Shown: positions 1 through 15,000 of the stretch, one piece after another
Layout of the letters: each line of letters begins with the position of its first letter
Position numbering within the stretch: position 1 is the stretch's first letter
DNA from: Bugula neritina
Taxonomy: Eukaryota; Animalia; Bryozoa
Reading direction: 5' to 3'
Assembly: GCA_964035545.1 (NCBI GenBank)
Contig: OZ037765.1
Coordinates: forward strand, 34,161,504 to 34,225,503
Length of the DNA stretch: 64,000 nt
Position numbers and translations under genes: made by a program
Notes under the pieces: model-generated
The model's database searches: none
Seen by the model: the letters and a program-made list of their open reading frames with translations, nothing else
Told to the model about the DNA's origin: nothing

Positions 1-3000
1 CGTTCTCTAAACTCTGCAGGTAAAACCCCCGACAAGACACCCCGCCCACTCTCCTCCGTGAAAAGGAAGTCAACTGACACTAAGACTGAGAGTGTGGAGC
101 AGAGAAGCCAGGTGTTGTCTGCCCTTGCTAAGGAGAATCAGCAACTCAGCGAGTATCGTAGAATTTCAGAGAAGGTCTGTTATATATTGTAATATATTCA
201 CAGTAATATAGTAATACTGTGTGTTATGTATTGTAATATATTCACAGTAATATAGTAATACTGTGTGTTATATATAGTAATATATTCACAGTAATATAGT
301 AATACTATGTGTTATATATAGTAATATATTAACAGTAATATAGTAATACTGTGTGTTATATATAGTAATATATTAACAGTAATATAGTAATACTGTGTGT
401 TATATATAGTAATATATTCACAGTAATATAGTAATACTATATGTTATATATAGTAATATAGTAATACTGTGTGTTATATATAGTAATATATTCACTGTAA
501 TATAGTAATACTATGTGTTATATATAGTAATATACTCACAGTAATATAGTAATACTATGTGTTATGTATTGTAATATATTCACAGTGATATAGTAATACT
601 GTGTGTTATGTATTGTAATATATTCACAGTGATATAGTAATACTATGTGTTATATATAGTAATATACTCACAGTAATATAGTAATACTATGTGTTATGTA
701 TTGTAATATATTCACAGTGATATAGTAATACTGTATGTTGTATATAGTAATACAATCACAGTAATATAGTAATACTATGTCGGCAGGGAGGAAACTCAGG
801 GCCACTCATCAACAGCTTCATGCTGAGTACAGATGAAGACATCAAGGAGGTGGAGGGAAGAGTCCTGCAGATGGAGCCACGGCAGCAACGGCAGCTCATC
901 AAAACTCTCTACCAGCTGGAGAAGACGGTACGACCTTCTAGCACGGCGGTCACCACCAGAGGAAGCAAACATGGCCGTTCAAAGGTAACATAACCACAGC
1001 CGCATTGTCTATAAATGTATTGTTACCTGTACACTTACGGTAGTCATGTAGACTAAGCTGCTCAACTGTTAGTTTCTCCTCCATTGTGATGATGTGACTC
1101 TTGTGATGATGTGACCCTTGTGATCATGTGACTCTTGTGATCATGTGACCTTTGTGATGATGTGACCCTTGTGATCATGTGACTCTTGTGATCATGTGAC
1201 CTTTGTGATCATGTGACCCTTGTGATCATGTGACTCTTGTGATCATGTGACCTTTGTGATCATGTGACCTTTGTGATCATGTGACCTTTGTGATCATGTG
1301 ACCTTTGTGATGATGTGACCCTTGTGATCTTGTGACCCTTGTGATCATGTGACCCTTGTGATCATGTGACCCTTGTGATCATGTGACTCTCATGTCCAGA
1401 GTAAAGACACGGAAGTACACAAGGTGGTGTTGGAGTTGGTGTCTAACTGGGGACACAATAAGCTGATTGGATTGACTGAGATCATGCTGCTAGACGAGTG
1501 CAATAGACGGTTGGAGGTGAACACCTCCTTCCTCAGGGTTGACGGAGCAAAGAACTTTGTTGGTGCTGAGGCTAACTTATTCAACAACAAATATCGGGTA
1601 TTTAGTTACTTTATTTTCTGATTTCAATTGTTTTATTCTTTTATCAACTGATTTGTGGAAGTTGTTTTATATATTCTGCTGACACGCTACTGGATGTATT
1701 TTGCTATCACGCTATTGGGTGTATTATGCTATCACGCTATTGGCTGTATTATGCCGACACGCTATTGGCTGTATTCTGTAGACTGTGAAGGATAGGAACA
1801 TGTTTTGCTGCCAGAGGTCGGGTCAACGTCCTGTCAGCCTCTCTTTCAGAATAGAAATTCCTCTCGGGTCACAGATTAGTAAAGTTAGGATATGGAACTA
1901 CAACAAAAGTCTAAATGCAAGTACTATAACTTAGAAGTCATTTTATAGAATTTTGATGATGAAATTTGAGACTGAAAGTTTTGTTTGTGTTGTGGAACTT
2001 GGGGGATATTGTACTAGATTTCTGATTGTTATGGAGGAATTCTTTCCATCAACTATCTGTAAGATCTATTGTGTCCCAATATGTTATACATTACTCCATT
2101 ATTAGAAATATAAGATGTTTTAAAGGAGCAAGTGATAATATAATTATTTCAATTGTTGTGCGGTTTCTCACAGGATCTGAATATTGGAGTGCGAAGATTA
2201 CGTATCAGCATAGACGATGACATTCTATATGACGGAGAGTTGGAGAAGGGGTGTGGCAATCAGGTGTTTGACTACGGTCACTCCATCGTCATTGGCTCTG
2301 TCAAATCAGACAGTGATGCGGAGGAAGATAGTGGTAAACGTATGCTTGAGATGATTCTATTAATAGTAGGAAACTTAAGGTGTGGTTTTATTTCTTTTCT
2401 ACAATTGTTTAGTCGGTGAATAAAAGAGTAACCATTTTTTATGTTTGGAGAGCTAATGTGACACTCATCTACTGAATTCTGGTGATGTCATCAGTTCTTG
2501 TGATGTCATCATTTCTGGTGATCATCAGTTCTGGTGGTCATCAGTTCTGGTGCGGACCAGTCTTTAGCTTGTATGAAACTACTGAACATCAGTCAGAGAT
2601 TCCATTAAAACACGAGTTTTAGTAACTGGAGATAACTAGTTGAGGAGCTTCCAAGACATTAGATTTGTTTAGCTGAGTTGAAACTCTTCTTCACTGCTTA
2701 TGATACACAGACTTTAACTTGTGTCTACTTGCAGTTTCAGTTATTTTAGATGTTAGTTTTGTTTCATCTCTGAAAGCACAACAACTGCTGCATTGTTTCA
2801 ATATTTTACAACATTTAGTGGGCAGCTCTATTTCTGCTGCAAAATTGACGTCTGCAGCCGATCAGAAGTCAGCCGCTGTCACCTCACCCCAGCACCGTCT
2901 GCACCACCCTGACCACAACTCAGTGCGTAAATGTACACACAACTCATCAGAGATGTGGATACCCCTGAGTAACACCCCGGAGCCAGTTGAGAGATCTCAG

Positions 3001-6000
3001 ACTAGGATACTGGTGAGGTCTACTGATGGGGTCCAAGTGCCGACCATAGAGTCTAGTGAGTCTGATAATGGTGAGTCATTCTGATAACGGTGAGTCATTC
3101 TAATAATGGTGAGTCATTCTGATAATGGTGAGTCATTCTGATAGTGGTGAGTCATTCTGATAATGGTGAGTCATTCTGATACGGTCTTGTTGAGTCATTC
3201 TAGATCTTTCTATATAAACATCATTATTATACATTTGTCTGATTAGTTCTGTTAGATGAACAGAATATGTTGATACATACATGCTGGGTAAAACATAAAA
3301 CATTGCAAAGCTTATTAATTATAGCAAGTGTTATTTTGATTTTGCTATTACTATCCGTTGACGATATGTATATGAAGGCATCAGTATTAGTTGATGGAGA
3401 CCACTCTAAGGAGTTTCCTGTGAACACAGGAGTAAAACAGGGATGTGTGATAGCACCTACTTTGTTCTCGATTTTCCTCACTGCTGTACTTCAACTAGTG
3501 AGTGAATGTATGCCATCTGGAGTAAGAATCAGATATAGATTTAATGATATTTTCAATGTCAGACGTCTCAGAGCTAAGACGAAGACAGCTACCGAGGCTA
3601 TCCATGAACTGCAGTATGCTGATGATAACATGATCCTGGCTCATTCCGAGGAGGAACTTCAACTTGCTCTCACAGCATTCAATACAGCATACACCTCTCT
3701 TGGTCTAACACTCAATGCCAAGAAGACGCAAGTAATGTACCAACCACACCCGAATACTGAAAGACATGAGGATTTTTCCCTCAAGGTGGGAGACCAAGTA
3801 TTAGACCAAGTCACTACCTTCAACTATTTAGGTAGCTGCCTATCCTCTAAAGCAAACATTGATGCTGAAATAAACCGAAGACTCCAGGCCGCCAGCTCCG
3901 CATTTGGGAGGCTGCAAACACGCATTTTCAACAACAAGGATATATACAGACAGACCAAACTAAAAGTATACAAAGCCATTGTTCTCCCGACACTACTTTA
4001 TGCCTCTGAAACTTGGGTAACCTACAGCCACAACCTGCTGTCCCTCGAGAGATTTCACAACCGCAGTCTCAGGCGAATCCTCGGAGTCAAATGGCAAGAT
4101 AGGCAGACTACTAACAGTGTCCTCGATAAAGCTCAAACTACAAGTATTACTACCATGATTGTGAAGAGACAACTGAAGTGGTCTGGCCATGTGGTAAGAA
4201 TGGATGATAACCGGCTACCAAAAAAGATCATGTACTCTGAGCTGAACACTGGAAATCGCTCACAGGGTGGTCAGAGGAAAAGGTATAAAGACACTCTACA
4301 CGAGAGCCTTAAGCAGTGTTTCATTCGACCACAGACCTGGGAAGTTCAGGCCTTGGACAGAAAAAATTGGAGAACTGTTGTGCATCAAGGGACAGCGATT
4401 TTTGAACAACAACAACGCCAAAAACGAGAGCACAAACGGTTGTTAAGGAAAAGCAGGGAGTTATGCTCTGTTACACACCCACCAGTGACTGACTCTAGTA
4501 ACATTTGTCCTCACTGTGGCAAATTATGCCGATCTCGAATTGGGCTTGTGAGTCACCTCAGAACTCACAACCTCTAGTAGGATTTTACGGATTTTTGAAC
4601 TGGAACGGATTACGGATCACGGCACAGACTAGGGCTTGCAAGCAGACATCATACTCGTCACACGAGGGATTGCTGACACTATATACTATTGTTACTATTA
4701 CTATATGTTGTTATGTATGTATATATTATTACTATTACTATATCATGCTGATATGTATGTATATACTATTGTTACTATTACTATCTGTTGATATGTATGT
4801 GTATATTATTATTACTATTACTATATTATGCTGGTATGTATGTATACTATTATTACTATTACTATATGCTGATATGTATGTATACAGATACAGAGACTTA
4901 CAATGACACATCCTCTACTAAAGCTCATGACACTAAAACCTCATTGAGAGGAGAGAAAGAGAGATCTACTGTATCCATGAAGCCTCCTTTACCAGTGAAC
5001 GGCGCCATCAGGTTTGTTAGTTAACTTACCATAGCATTGCTGCACCTTTAGTCCATGTGTTCTGAAGCTAATGGATAGAGTATTTTATACAGTAACATAT
5101 ATTTAATTACAGAGTGAATTGGGTTTATACTTCAAAGGAACATTGATTCTAACCCTAATTCCATGCACTTTATTCTACAGTAAGGGGAGTGCAATGGGGA
5201 AACCTGTGAGACAGAGCACCCAGTCTAAGTTACCGTGGATGGACAAGTCACTGGAACCAGTGTCTGCTGTAACTCCGCCTACTAAACAGATCTCGTCTGC
5301 TGCACCACACTGGTTGGACAACTCCAAGTCTAACCCTCTCCGGTCTTCTTTAGACGACATGTTGGAGGCTCTGGACAAGTGGGAGCCTGCAGACGTAGGG
5401 CAAGTATTTCAGTAATTTCTCGTTTCTGCTCTCAGTCTAACTTGAAATATATGATGGTTGTTGATTTGATGCACGAGTAATGCTCTGGTGTGTGTCACTC
5501 AGTCACTCAGTTACTACTCTGTTGTGTGCCACTCAGTGACTCAGTTACTACTCTGTTGTCACTCAGTGACTCAGTTACTACTCTGTTGTCACTCAGTGAC
5601 TCAGTTACTACTCTGTTGTGTGTCACTCAGTGACTCAGTTACTACTCTGTTGTCACTCAGTGACTCAGACACTACTCTGTTGTGTGTCACTCAGTGACTC
5701 AGTTACTACTCTGTTTTGTGTCACCCAGCTACTACTCTGTTGTGTGTCACTCACTCATCTCCAACTCCCATCCCGAACCCTAATTTTAAAATTGTGCCAT
5801 TTTTACCTTCTTTGCCACTTATTCCATTATTACCTGTGCCATTTTTACTGGACACCGTTTACCATAGTCTCGGCTACCAGCTATTGCTGACATCTATCTT
5901 CTTTTAGATAATCTATTTTATTGTAAACATGAAACCGTAGCTTGCTTACCATTTATGGAGACATTCTAAATCTTTTCAATGTAGAGCAGTAGAATTTTTT

Positions 6001-9000
6001 ATTTAATGTTAATAATTTAGTAAATTTTGTAGAAAAGATAAACTAAAAACTATATTTGATGAAACTGTGGGACATGATATAACACCCCAACCATCTCAAG
6101 GTGTTCCTGATAAAGGTGAGTTCAGATTGTTCCTATTAATAGAAGTGGCACATGTTGTACTACGAACTATATGTCTGTTTAATACTAAAGTCTGGCAGTA
6201 TGTATGTACATCACAACAATGTCACATTGTGTAATGACACGTGTATAAATTACAAATTATGAGTCATAATAATTTGAATGAGACACAAGGCAAGCAACAA
6301 ACATCTAATAAAATATGTTGAAATTTTAACCTTTTTTACACACATTATTATCAGTGTGCATGCAGGCTTTATTTAGCTTGGGTTCCTATTTGTTCTTATA
6401 CAAATTTTTATGGAGGCGCTAGCATTTTACAGCCCAAATTTTACTGAAAGAAAGCAAAAATATTCAATAAATTAGAATTCTTTTTGCATTTACGCTTTTT
6501 ATGTTTAAAATATTTCTATGCTTGAAATATCAAAGCCTAGCCTAAAGCAGTCTCGCAGTAAATGCAGTAGTGATGTAGTTATAAGATAATGTAACAATAC
6601 TCTCCCCAGTTGCTACGGAGATGGAAGACTCTGTGTACATACGGGCTGCTAGTCGGGAAATGATGGCCAAATCCAACAGCTCCGTCACCACGACGTCTCG
6701 CAGGAAGAAGTGGCAGCAGCCCTCAGCTGACCTGGAGGCCTCTTGGACGTCTCTGGATATATTTGCTAAATCTCATAAAGGCAGACTTTCTATGGAGGGT
6801 GAGTGTGTGTGTGCGTGTGTGTGTGTGCGTACGTGTGTAAGTGAGTGTGTGAGTGAGTGTGTGTGTGTGTGTGTCTGTAGCTATGTGTGCATCTGCGTAC
6901 ATGAGTGCGTATATAATGCAGTGTTATTGCGTTACAGGGGATACACTGGATGAATATCTGCGTACCGTCAGCACCCCTGGAACAGGCATCACTGTGGATG
7001 GCTCCTCCCAGAAACCGGCTGTCACCAAAGTCCCGACAGCTCCCTTGCAGACGATCTCCGAGGAGTAGGTTTAGAGTTGTGGTCTCATGTTACTAGTAAC
7101 TTCTTACTAGGAGTTAGTTGGCAAGAAAGTAGTTCTCAGTGTCGTGAAGAGTATTTCTAAGGCTGTTGTGTTTCTTGTCATGCAGAGCCCCGTTTATCAT
7201 CCCAGAGTTGCCTCACGGCCAGAACATGATAATCAACATAAAGTCAACATGGGGAGATAAATACTATGTCGGGCTCAACGGCATCGAGTTGTTTGCTGAC
7301 AACGGGGAACCCATCTCCATATCAAAGGTAGAGAGATCTGGCTATTGCCATTAATCATGTGATGAGAGTTGAGTTATAATATATTGGAACACTGTTACTA
7401 ATTAATAGATAGTTGGAGAAAGTGGAAGACACTTCTATACCATATTATTTTATTTATACCAGAATTTTGCAATAAAGATTAACATTAAATATCGTAGTAA
7501 CTTATTCTAATACTTCCTGTGATTTATTCTAGTACTTCCTGTGTTTAGTCATAGCCAGACGGTGCTTGAAGAGGGGTTGTTTGAAGACCCCCTCACCTCT
7601 TCTGTCTCGCACTAGTCCCGGGAATAGAGACTTCACTCAGTCTCATTGGTCTCTTCAACTACACACTATGTTATACATATATGTAGATACAAGCTGACCC
7701 GAGAGACATCAATGTCCTTCCAGACTACAAGAATGACCCCCGAGTGGTGACCAACTTGACCGACGGCGTCAACAAAACCCGAGACGACATCCACATGTGG
7801 CTGGCTCCTTTCACAGACGGCGGCAACCATTTTATATGCGTGACCTTCAGCCAACCTTGTCATGTGGCTCTGCTGCGAGTCTGGGTGAGAGAAATGTAGA
7901 AATATTAGACATCATTGAGTGATCGGAGAGCTCAAAGGAGTTGATGTTATATCATAGGTTCACGGTCTCCTGTTTGTATAAAGCTAGGTTTAGTACTGTA
8001 CTCTGTGCGCTACAGAAGTAGTTTGAAATTTGAAAAATTAAAATATTTTTGAAACGTACGAAGATGAAATATTAGCAAGAATTACTGCATAACCCATTCT
8101 TAGGTTAGTTTAGCCCTTTCTTTATCACATGACACACTTTGTAATGGTTGAAGCATGATTGGTAAGTTTTCCAGCTTTCCAGTGATACAGAAGGGTAGGC
8201 AACTTCTGACAGTGTGGGCTAAATATTATATTTTCTATTACCATTAAATGATTAACGTGGAGTCATCCCACAATGCAATGCATGAATTTTCCGCCTTTTA
8301 TAATCACATTACGTATAATATTATATTATATTGAGTCGTTTGAAAGCGTGTTTTTATGTTTAAATATATAATTAAATGTTGAATAATATTGCCCATGGAT
8401 ATGAATTTCATACAAAGCGTCACAAACAGCATACAGGAACTAGTGGTTAGCACTATGAAAATACTGAATAATCAGATTCATTGATGTTGTAGAATTACAA
8501 CAAGTCTCGGATTCACTCATACAGAGGAGCTAAGGATGTAGAAATATCACTGGACGGGACGTACATCTTCAAAGGAGAGATAGCTCGTGCTTGTGGCGGC
8601 ACTCAGGGTGGTACTGAGGCTTTTGGTGATGTAAGTATTCAGTCTGACTTTTTAGAAGTTTAGCTTAAGGTTAAACAAGCTAAGCTTTTGGGGTTCTTTC
8701 TTCAAACGAAAGAATTTTAAATTTGTCTCTAGACAGACAATTAGACGTGTGTAACTGTTGATAGAAGGAGGTTGTCTTTCATTAAACTGGCGAAAATTCA
8801 AGCAAATTAAACATTTTATGAGAAATTTCTCTCTAATAGTATATCATTACATAATGTATTCAGCTGGTTTTATCTATTATTATGCAATATATATAATATG
8901 TATAAAACTTTTGCCTCCTCTGGGATTCGAACCCGAGACCTTCGCTGGGTAAACTCATCACTACAATATGTTCATTATATTAAGATAAATATAATATATA

Positions 9001-12000
9001 TTATATTTATCCTAATATATATTAGAGTAAATACAATATGTGTTATAATATAAATATAATATACATTATAATACATCTAGCTAACACACACAAAGTACAA
9101 GATATTAACTAGTTTCACACACTGCGTATTTTAGACGATATTATTCACCATGTCTGATGAAATACTGGACGCTGTGTCGCGACACGACGGGCAGTACGAG
9201 GGAGGCAACTTCTCGGATGAGTGGGAGGATGACGTGCCGTACGATGCCAGACCTGCTACGGCAGACAAAGGAGACTCGGTGAGTTTAGTAGACTGTGAAC
9301 TTAGAGAATAGCCAGCGGTCCTAGCATCCACTGCACTCTATTAGTATCAGTGGCAGTGACTTGATATTGAGTCACATTCAAATATATAAATACCTGGGCT
9401 GAAGCAAGAGCTAATAGCTAACTTATAAATACAGTTAATATAAAAATATGTAAAGGTTGTAACCTACAGGCTGCTGTGGCTGTTCAAACAAAACACTTTT
9501 TAGAAAAAATCGATTCTTTTTAGGCTCAAATTTACAATGTGATTCCCAAATATGATATTTTTCTTTAATGGCTGAATATGGTGAATTATACAATCAATAT
9601 AAAAGATGGTATGATATAATATGATATGATGCTAACATTGTACTTCTAATTCATTTCCAGATAAATTCACCCAATCAGGTAGTTCCCAGTCTATCTTTTC
9701 AGTTTCTGGTTTTTCCTGTCCATCTGCATACATCTGCATACATCTGTATTACTCTATCTGCATACATCTGTATTACTCTATCTGCATACATCTGTATTAC
9801 TCTATCTGCATACATCTGTATTACTCTATCTGCATACATCTGTATTACTCTATCTGCATACATCTGTATTACTCTATCTGCATACATCTGTATTACTCTA
9901 TCTGCATACATCTGCATTACTCTATCTGCATTACTCTATCTGCATTACTCTATCTGCATACATCTGCATTACTCTATCTGCATTACTCTATCTGCATTAC
10001 TCTATCTGCATACATCTGTATTACTCTATCTGCATACATCTGCATTACTCCATCTGCATACATCTGTATTACTCTATCTGCATACATCTGTATTACTCTA
10101 TCTGCATACATCTGTATTACTCTATCTGCATACATCTGTATTACTCCATCTGCATACATCTGTATTACTCTATCTGCATACATCTGTATTACTCTATCTG
10201 CATACATCTGTATTACTCCATCTGCATACATCTGTATTACTCTATCTGCATACATCTGTATTACTCTATCTGCATACATCTGTATTACTCTATCTGCATA
10301 CATCTGTATTACTCCATCTGCATACATCTGTATTACTCTATCTGCATACATCTGTATTACTCTATCTGCATACATCTGTATTACTCTATCTGTATTACTC
10401 TATCTGCATACATCTGTATTACTCTATCTGCATACAGCTGTAATATTTCAATTGTTTGATTTTGATATTCTCAACTTTCACTATGTTATGTAATTCTGTC
10501 CTTTCTGTGTTTAGAGTTAACATATTTCCTGACGTAGCGATATATAATATATAGCAATGACTTTTAACATGTAGCACTAGATTCCCCAGCTAAGCTTTAG
10601 TGGAGAAATTTCATCAATATAACTTATTCATTTCAATATCCAGTCTAAGATTTTATCTGAAATATTCTGCTATAAAGTTATTCCATGTTCTAAATTCTAC
10701 TCTATGATACATTATATACAATAAATACAGTCTTTCTCAATGAGGACACTCAGTTACTAGTCACTTGTATGTGGAGGCAATAAATTAGCTCTCTAGTATG
10801 TTTACATGGATAAGTCTAGTCTTTGTTTCACTCAACATGTCTGCATGTAACCTTTACAGGATAGACCTAGGACCAGTGTGGAAATGAAGAGTCAGAGGAA
10901 GCCCCCAGTACACCACTCGATAGTGACACCAGCCAAGACGTCAGTTGTAAACCCTGATGTGTCGGCACCAGTGCCGGTGGCTGTAGACGGGAGTACCCTA
11001 GTCTACCAAACTAGTAGTAAGTACTTCCTTCTCTCCCTGACTTACTCTCTATCACACAGATACTCTGTATAGCCTGTGTTTCAGCTCTCCAACTGGTCTT
11101 TACGGAGACGTGGGGTGACCCACACTACCTCGGACTAACCGGGTTTGAAGTCGTGGGTAAGGATGGCGAGGCACTTCCTCTCACAATGAGTATGTTACAC
11201 GCCGAGCCCCGTGACCTTCACATTCTTCCTGGCTATGAGACCGATGATCGTACCTTCGACAAGTAAGAGTTTTGTTTATAATCTTTAGATGCTTTGCTTA
11301 GAGATAAAACGTTTTACTCCTGTGTGTGTATATATACACAGACAAGGGGTAGTAACACCTGTATGTGTAGACAAGGGGTAGTAACTACTGTATGTATGGA
11401 CAGGGGGTAGTAACTCCTATATGTATAGACAAGGGGTAGTAACTATTGTATTTACAGACAAGGGGTAGTAACTACTGTATGTAAAGACAAGGGGTAGTAA
11501 TTCTCGTATTGACAGGGTGATTGACGGAGTAAACATCACCGTCTCTGACGAACACATGTGGCTGATCCCATACACGGCCGGAGCCAACCACACTGTCACC
11601 ATTTCCTTCTCCAAACCAGAAGAGATTGTCGGACTTCGGTTCTGGAATTACAACAAGTCAACAGAAGATACGTACAGAGGTGTAAGTGTGTTACTCTCTC
11701 CTTGATACTTACCTCTGTACAGAGGTGTAAGTGTGCTACTCTCTTCTTGATACTTACCTCTGTACAGAGATGTAAGTGCGTTACTCTCTCCTTAATAATT
11801 ACCTCTGTACAGAGGTGTAAGTGTGTTACTCTCTCTCTATCTTACTTACCTCTGTACAGAGGTGTAAGTGTGTTACTCTCTCCTTGTTACTTACCTCTGT
11901 ACAGAGGTGTAAGTGTGCTACTCTCTCTATCTTACTTACCTCTGTACAGAGGTGTAAGTGTGTTATTCTCTCCTTGTTACTTACCTCTGTATAGAGGTGT

Positions 12001-15000
12001 AAGTGTGCTACTCTCTCTATCTTACTTACCTCTGTACAGAGGTGTAAGTGTGTTATTCTCTCCTTGTTACTTACCTCTGTACAGAGGTGTAAGTGTGTTA
12101 CTCTCTCTATGTTACTTACCTCTGTACTGACAGTATTTTCCCGCAGGCTAAAACAGTACATGTAATGTTGGACAACTCCCCGATATCACCACCTCAAGGT
12201 TTTCTCATCAGGAAAGGTCCTGGAAACTGCTTCTACGACTTCGCGCAGGAGTTGCTCTTCTCCGATATTCTCAGACACATCCAACTGGACTCACAACTCC
12301 CCGAACTCAACAAGTCAGTTACTACATGCATTATACCTGTATACTACTCACCTGTATACTATATACCTGTATACTGTATACCTATATACTACTCACCTGT
12401 ATACTATATACTTGTATACTACTCACCTGTATACTGTATACCTGCATACTGTATACCTGTATACTATATACCTGTATACTATATACCTGTATACTATATA
12501 CCTGTATACTGTATACCTGTATACTGTATACCTGTATACTATATATACCTGTCTACCAGTGCTTTTATTAAATTTCCGTATTTACTCAATTTTGTAGCAA
12601 TGACACAAGTGCAGACGACTCTGAAGATTATGTTATCTCTGGGAATATGCCCAATGGCTGTATCTTTTGCCTCACCACAGCTAGTTTGTTTTGTAAGATA
12701 CAAGTATTAACATGCTGTTTGGAATTGTGTTAATTGAAATGGAAACCCAAAGACATTATAATTCAATTACCATTTATGAATTAATTTGTGGTTTTTGTAA
12801 AGCTACTTTTCTAATGCTATAACATGTCACCATATTTGATATTGTCCTTAATATTTGCAATCAGTTGTTTATCAGTTCCATTTGCTGTCCACTCAATCTG
12901 ACTTGTATTATGTTGGACTAAATGCCATCGAGTTCTTTAACTCTGAAGGAAAGAAAATAGAGTTGGATGAAAATAGTAAGTGCTCTATGATGAATATAGG
13001 TCAACATATAAGTCTGTTACTACACTACTAGTGCTGTGATATATGCAGTAGGCTATACACAGATATTCTATTGTATCTTACGTTGTGTTCCTACTTGTTT
13101 GTGTAGAAATTGAATATAAAACTATTGTTTCCCATAATGGGTGGAAAATTACTTGCTGAAACTTAAGTTTTTTTAAACCGGAACTGATTGGTCAGTTTTT
13201 AGTGTCAGTGTTGCTGACTCATCACTAGATGAGTAATACAAGTGTTCTCTCTCTGTCATTGCAGACATCGCTGCTTACCCAGAGAGCGTGAACGTCTTGG
13301 ATGGTATTGAAGGTGACGTGAGAACACCCGATAAACTAGTCAACGGCATGAATGATACCAACAATGGAGACCACATGTGGCTGGCCCCCATACTCCCTGC
13401 CATCGTACGTTGAGATTCTAGTTGTTTTTGTTTGAATCGGAGTTCCCAAACTATTTCCTCTCCCCTTTTGAGCTGTGCTGTCTCCCCCTAAACCACTTGC
13501 TAATGTGATTCTACTCTGTAGTAATTATGGCCAGCATTACATTGCCAAAGTTATTTTGTTCTGCTCATCATGTCTAGGCCGTTCCATTCCTACAAGCAGT
13601 GTCACTATTTAATAATAATAAACTGAGCAATAGTGTTAATTTCAAACCTTCGGTACTTATTATATAGAGTAAACAGTGAAACTGATAAGTGGTTTTACAC
13701 AATTGAATGATTCTATTACAGGAACACTTACTGTAGTATGAAGGGCAGATTACTCCAAGTAAACTTAATTTGTATTTCATGGGCTAAGATTTGTTACTCT
13801 AGGAAGAACTGTGGGATATATTAAGTTTAGGCTAGCTTACTCATGTGTATAACATAAAATATGAACATATAATTCTTATATAACTGTTTGATTTGTTAGT
13901 TAATTGGCTGATATTTCCTGGTTGTCGCATTCATGTACACCGTACTGAATTAATATCTATTTTCAGACTAATCGTCTTTTTGTCATCTTTGATTACCCGC
14001 AAACTGTGTCTATGATAAAGATATGGAACTACAGCAAAACACCAAGTAGAGGTGTCAAGGATTTTGCGGTGAGTTATCTCCTCTTCTCAATACTTGCTAT
14101 ATCATATACTAGGGAGTTGTGTCCACACTACACCCTAAACTAGGGAGTTGTGTCCACACTATACCCTATACTAGGGAGTTGTGTCCACACTATATCCTAA
14201 ACTAGGGAGTTGTGTCCACACTATATACTATACTGGGGAGTTGTGTCCACACTATATACTATACTAGGGAGTTGTGTCCACACTATATCCTATACTAGGA
14301 AGTTGCGTCCACATTATACCCTAAACTAGGGCTTAGCTTTCTCTACTAGACGCAATGTATCAAGCATATTATGTCAGTTAAATCAGCTGTGAACCAATCT
14401 CATTGGTTGCCTATCTCAGTGTTGATTGGCTGAGTTGTTCCACTTGTACTGGGCTGTATATTATCATTAGTAGTAAGAAATACTGTGATGTCAATTCCAC
14501 CTCATGACATGAGTTGAGTCACTGTGCTACGGACTGACCTGTAATCTTAGTGCATTGACTTCTAGTTTGCATAACTATGAATTAGTATCTTACATCGTGA
14601 ACAGTATGGAGAGGTTATTGCTGTCACAGGCATCTTCAGCTTTAAATAATTTCTATTCAACATGTTTAGTATTTGTATAGCTAGCAAGTTGGCTCATAAA
14701 TTTCTATATTGTTTGACTATATACAGCTCCTAGTAGATGACTTACTTGTCTACAACGGAATGCTGGGTCCAGTGAGGTACGGCAAAGGGATATTACCCAA
14801 TAGTTTAGGACCACAGTCTTTTCAAACTGTCCTCTTCACCAACAACAGGAAGATTAAAGACAAAGTCAAACACACCATAGTCAGGTATTTCACAAGAGTC
14901 ATAGATTGTCAATAGCAAACGCTTTTAGCTGATGAGTCTATTTTGAAAGCTTCAAGAGTTATCATAGAACCTCACAAGCTACCAATATGCTGATACTTAG

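Noticed and set aside
8911-8946. Functional tRNA gene
   Set aside because: Only the T-arm/B-box is present.
9699-10375. Repetitive ORFs (MYADRVIQ; likewise [20 protein letters not shown] and others)
   Set aside because: Translations of stop-free intronic minisatellites, not proteins.
14108-14330. CRISPR-like look of 30-31-bp repeats (also 15808-15984)
   Set aside because: Head-to-tail units with no unique spacers, no cas genes, eukaryotic intron context.
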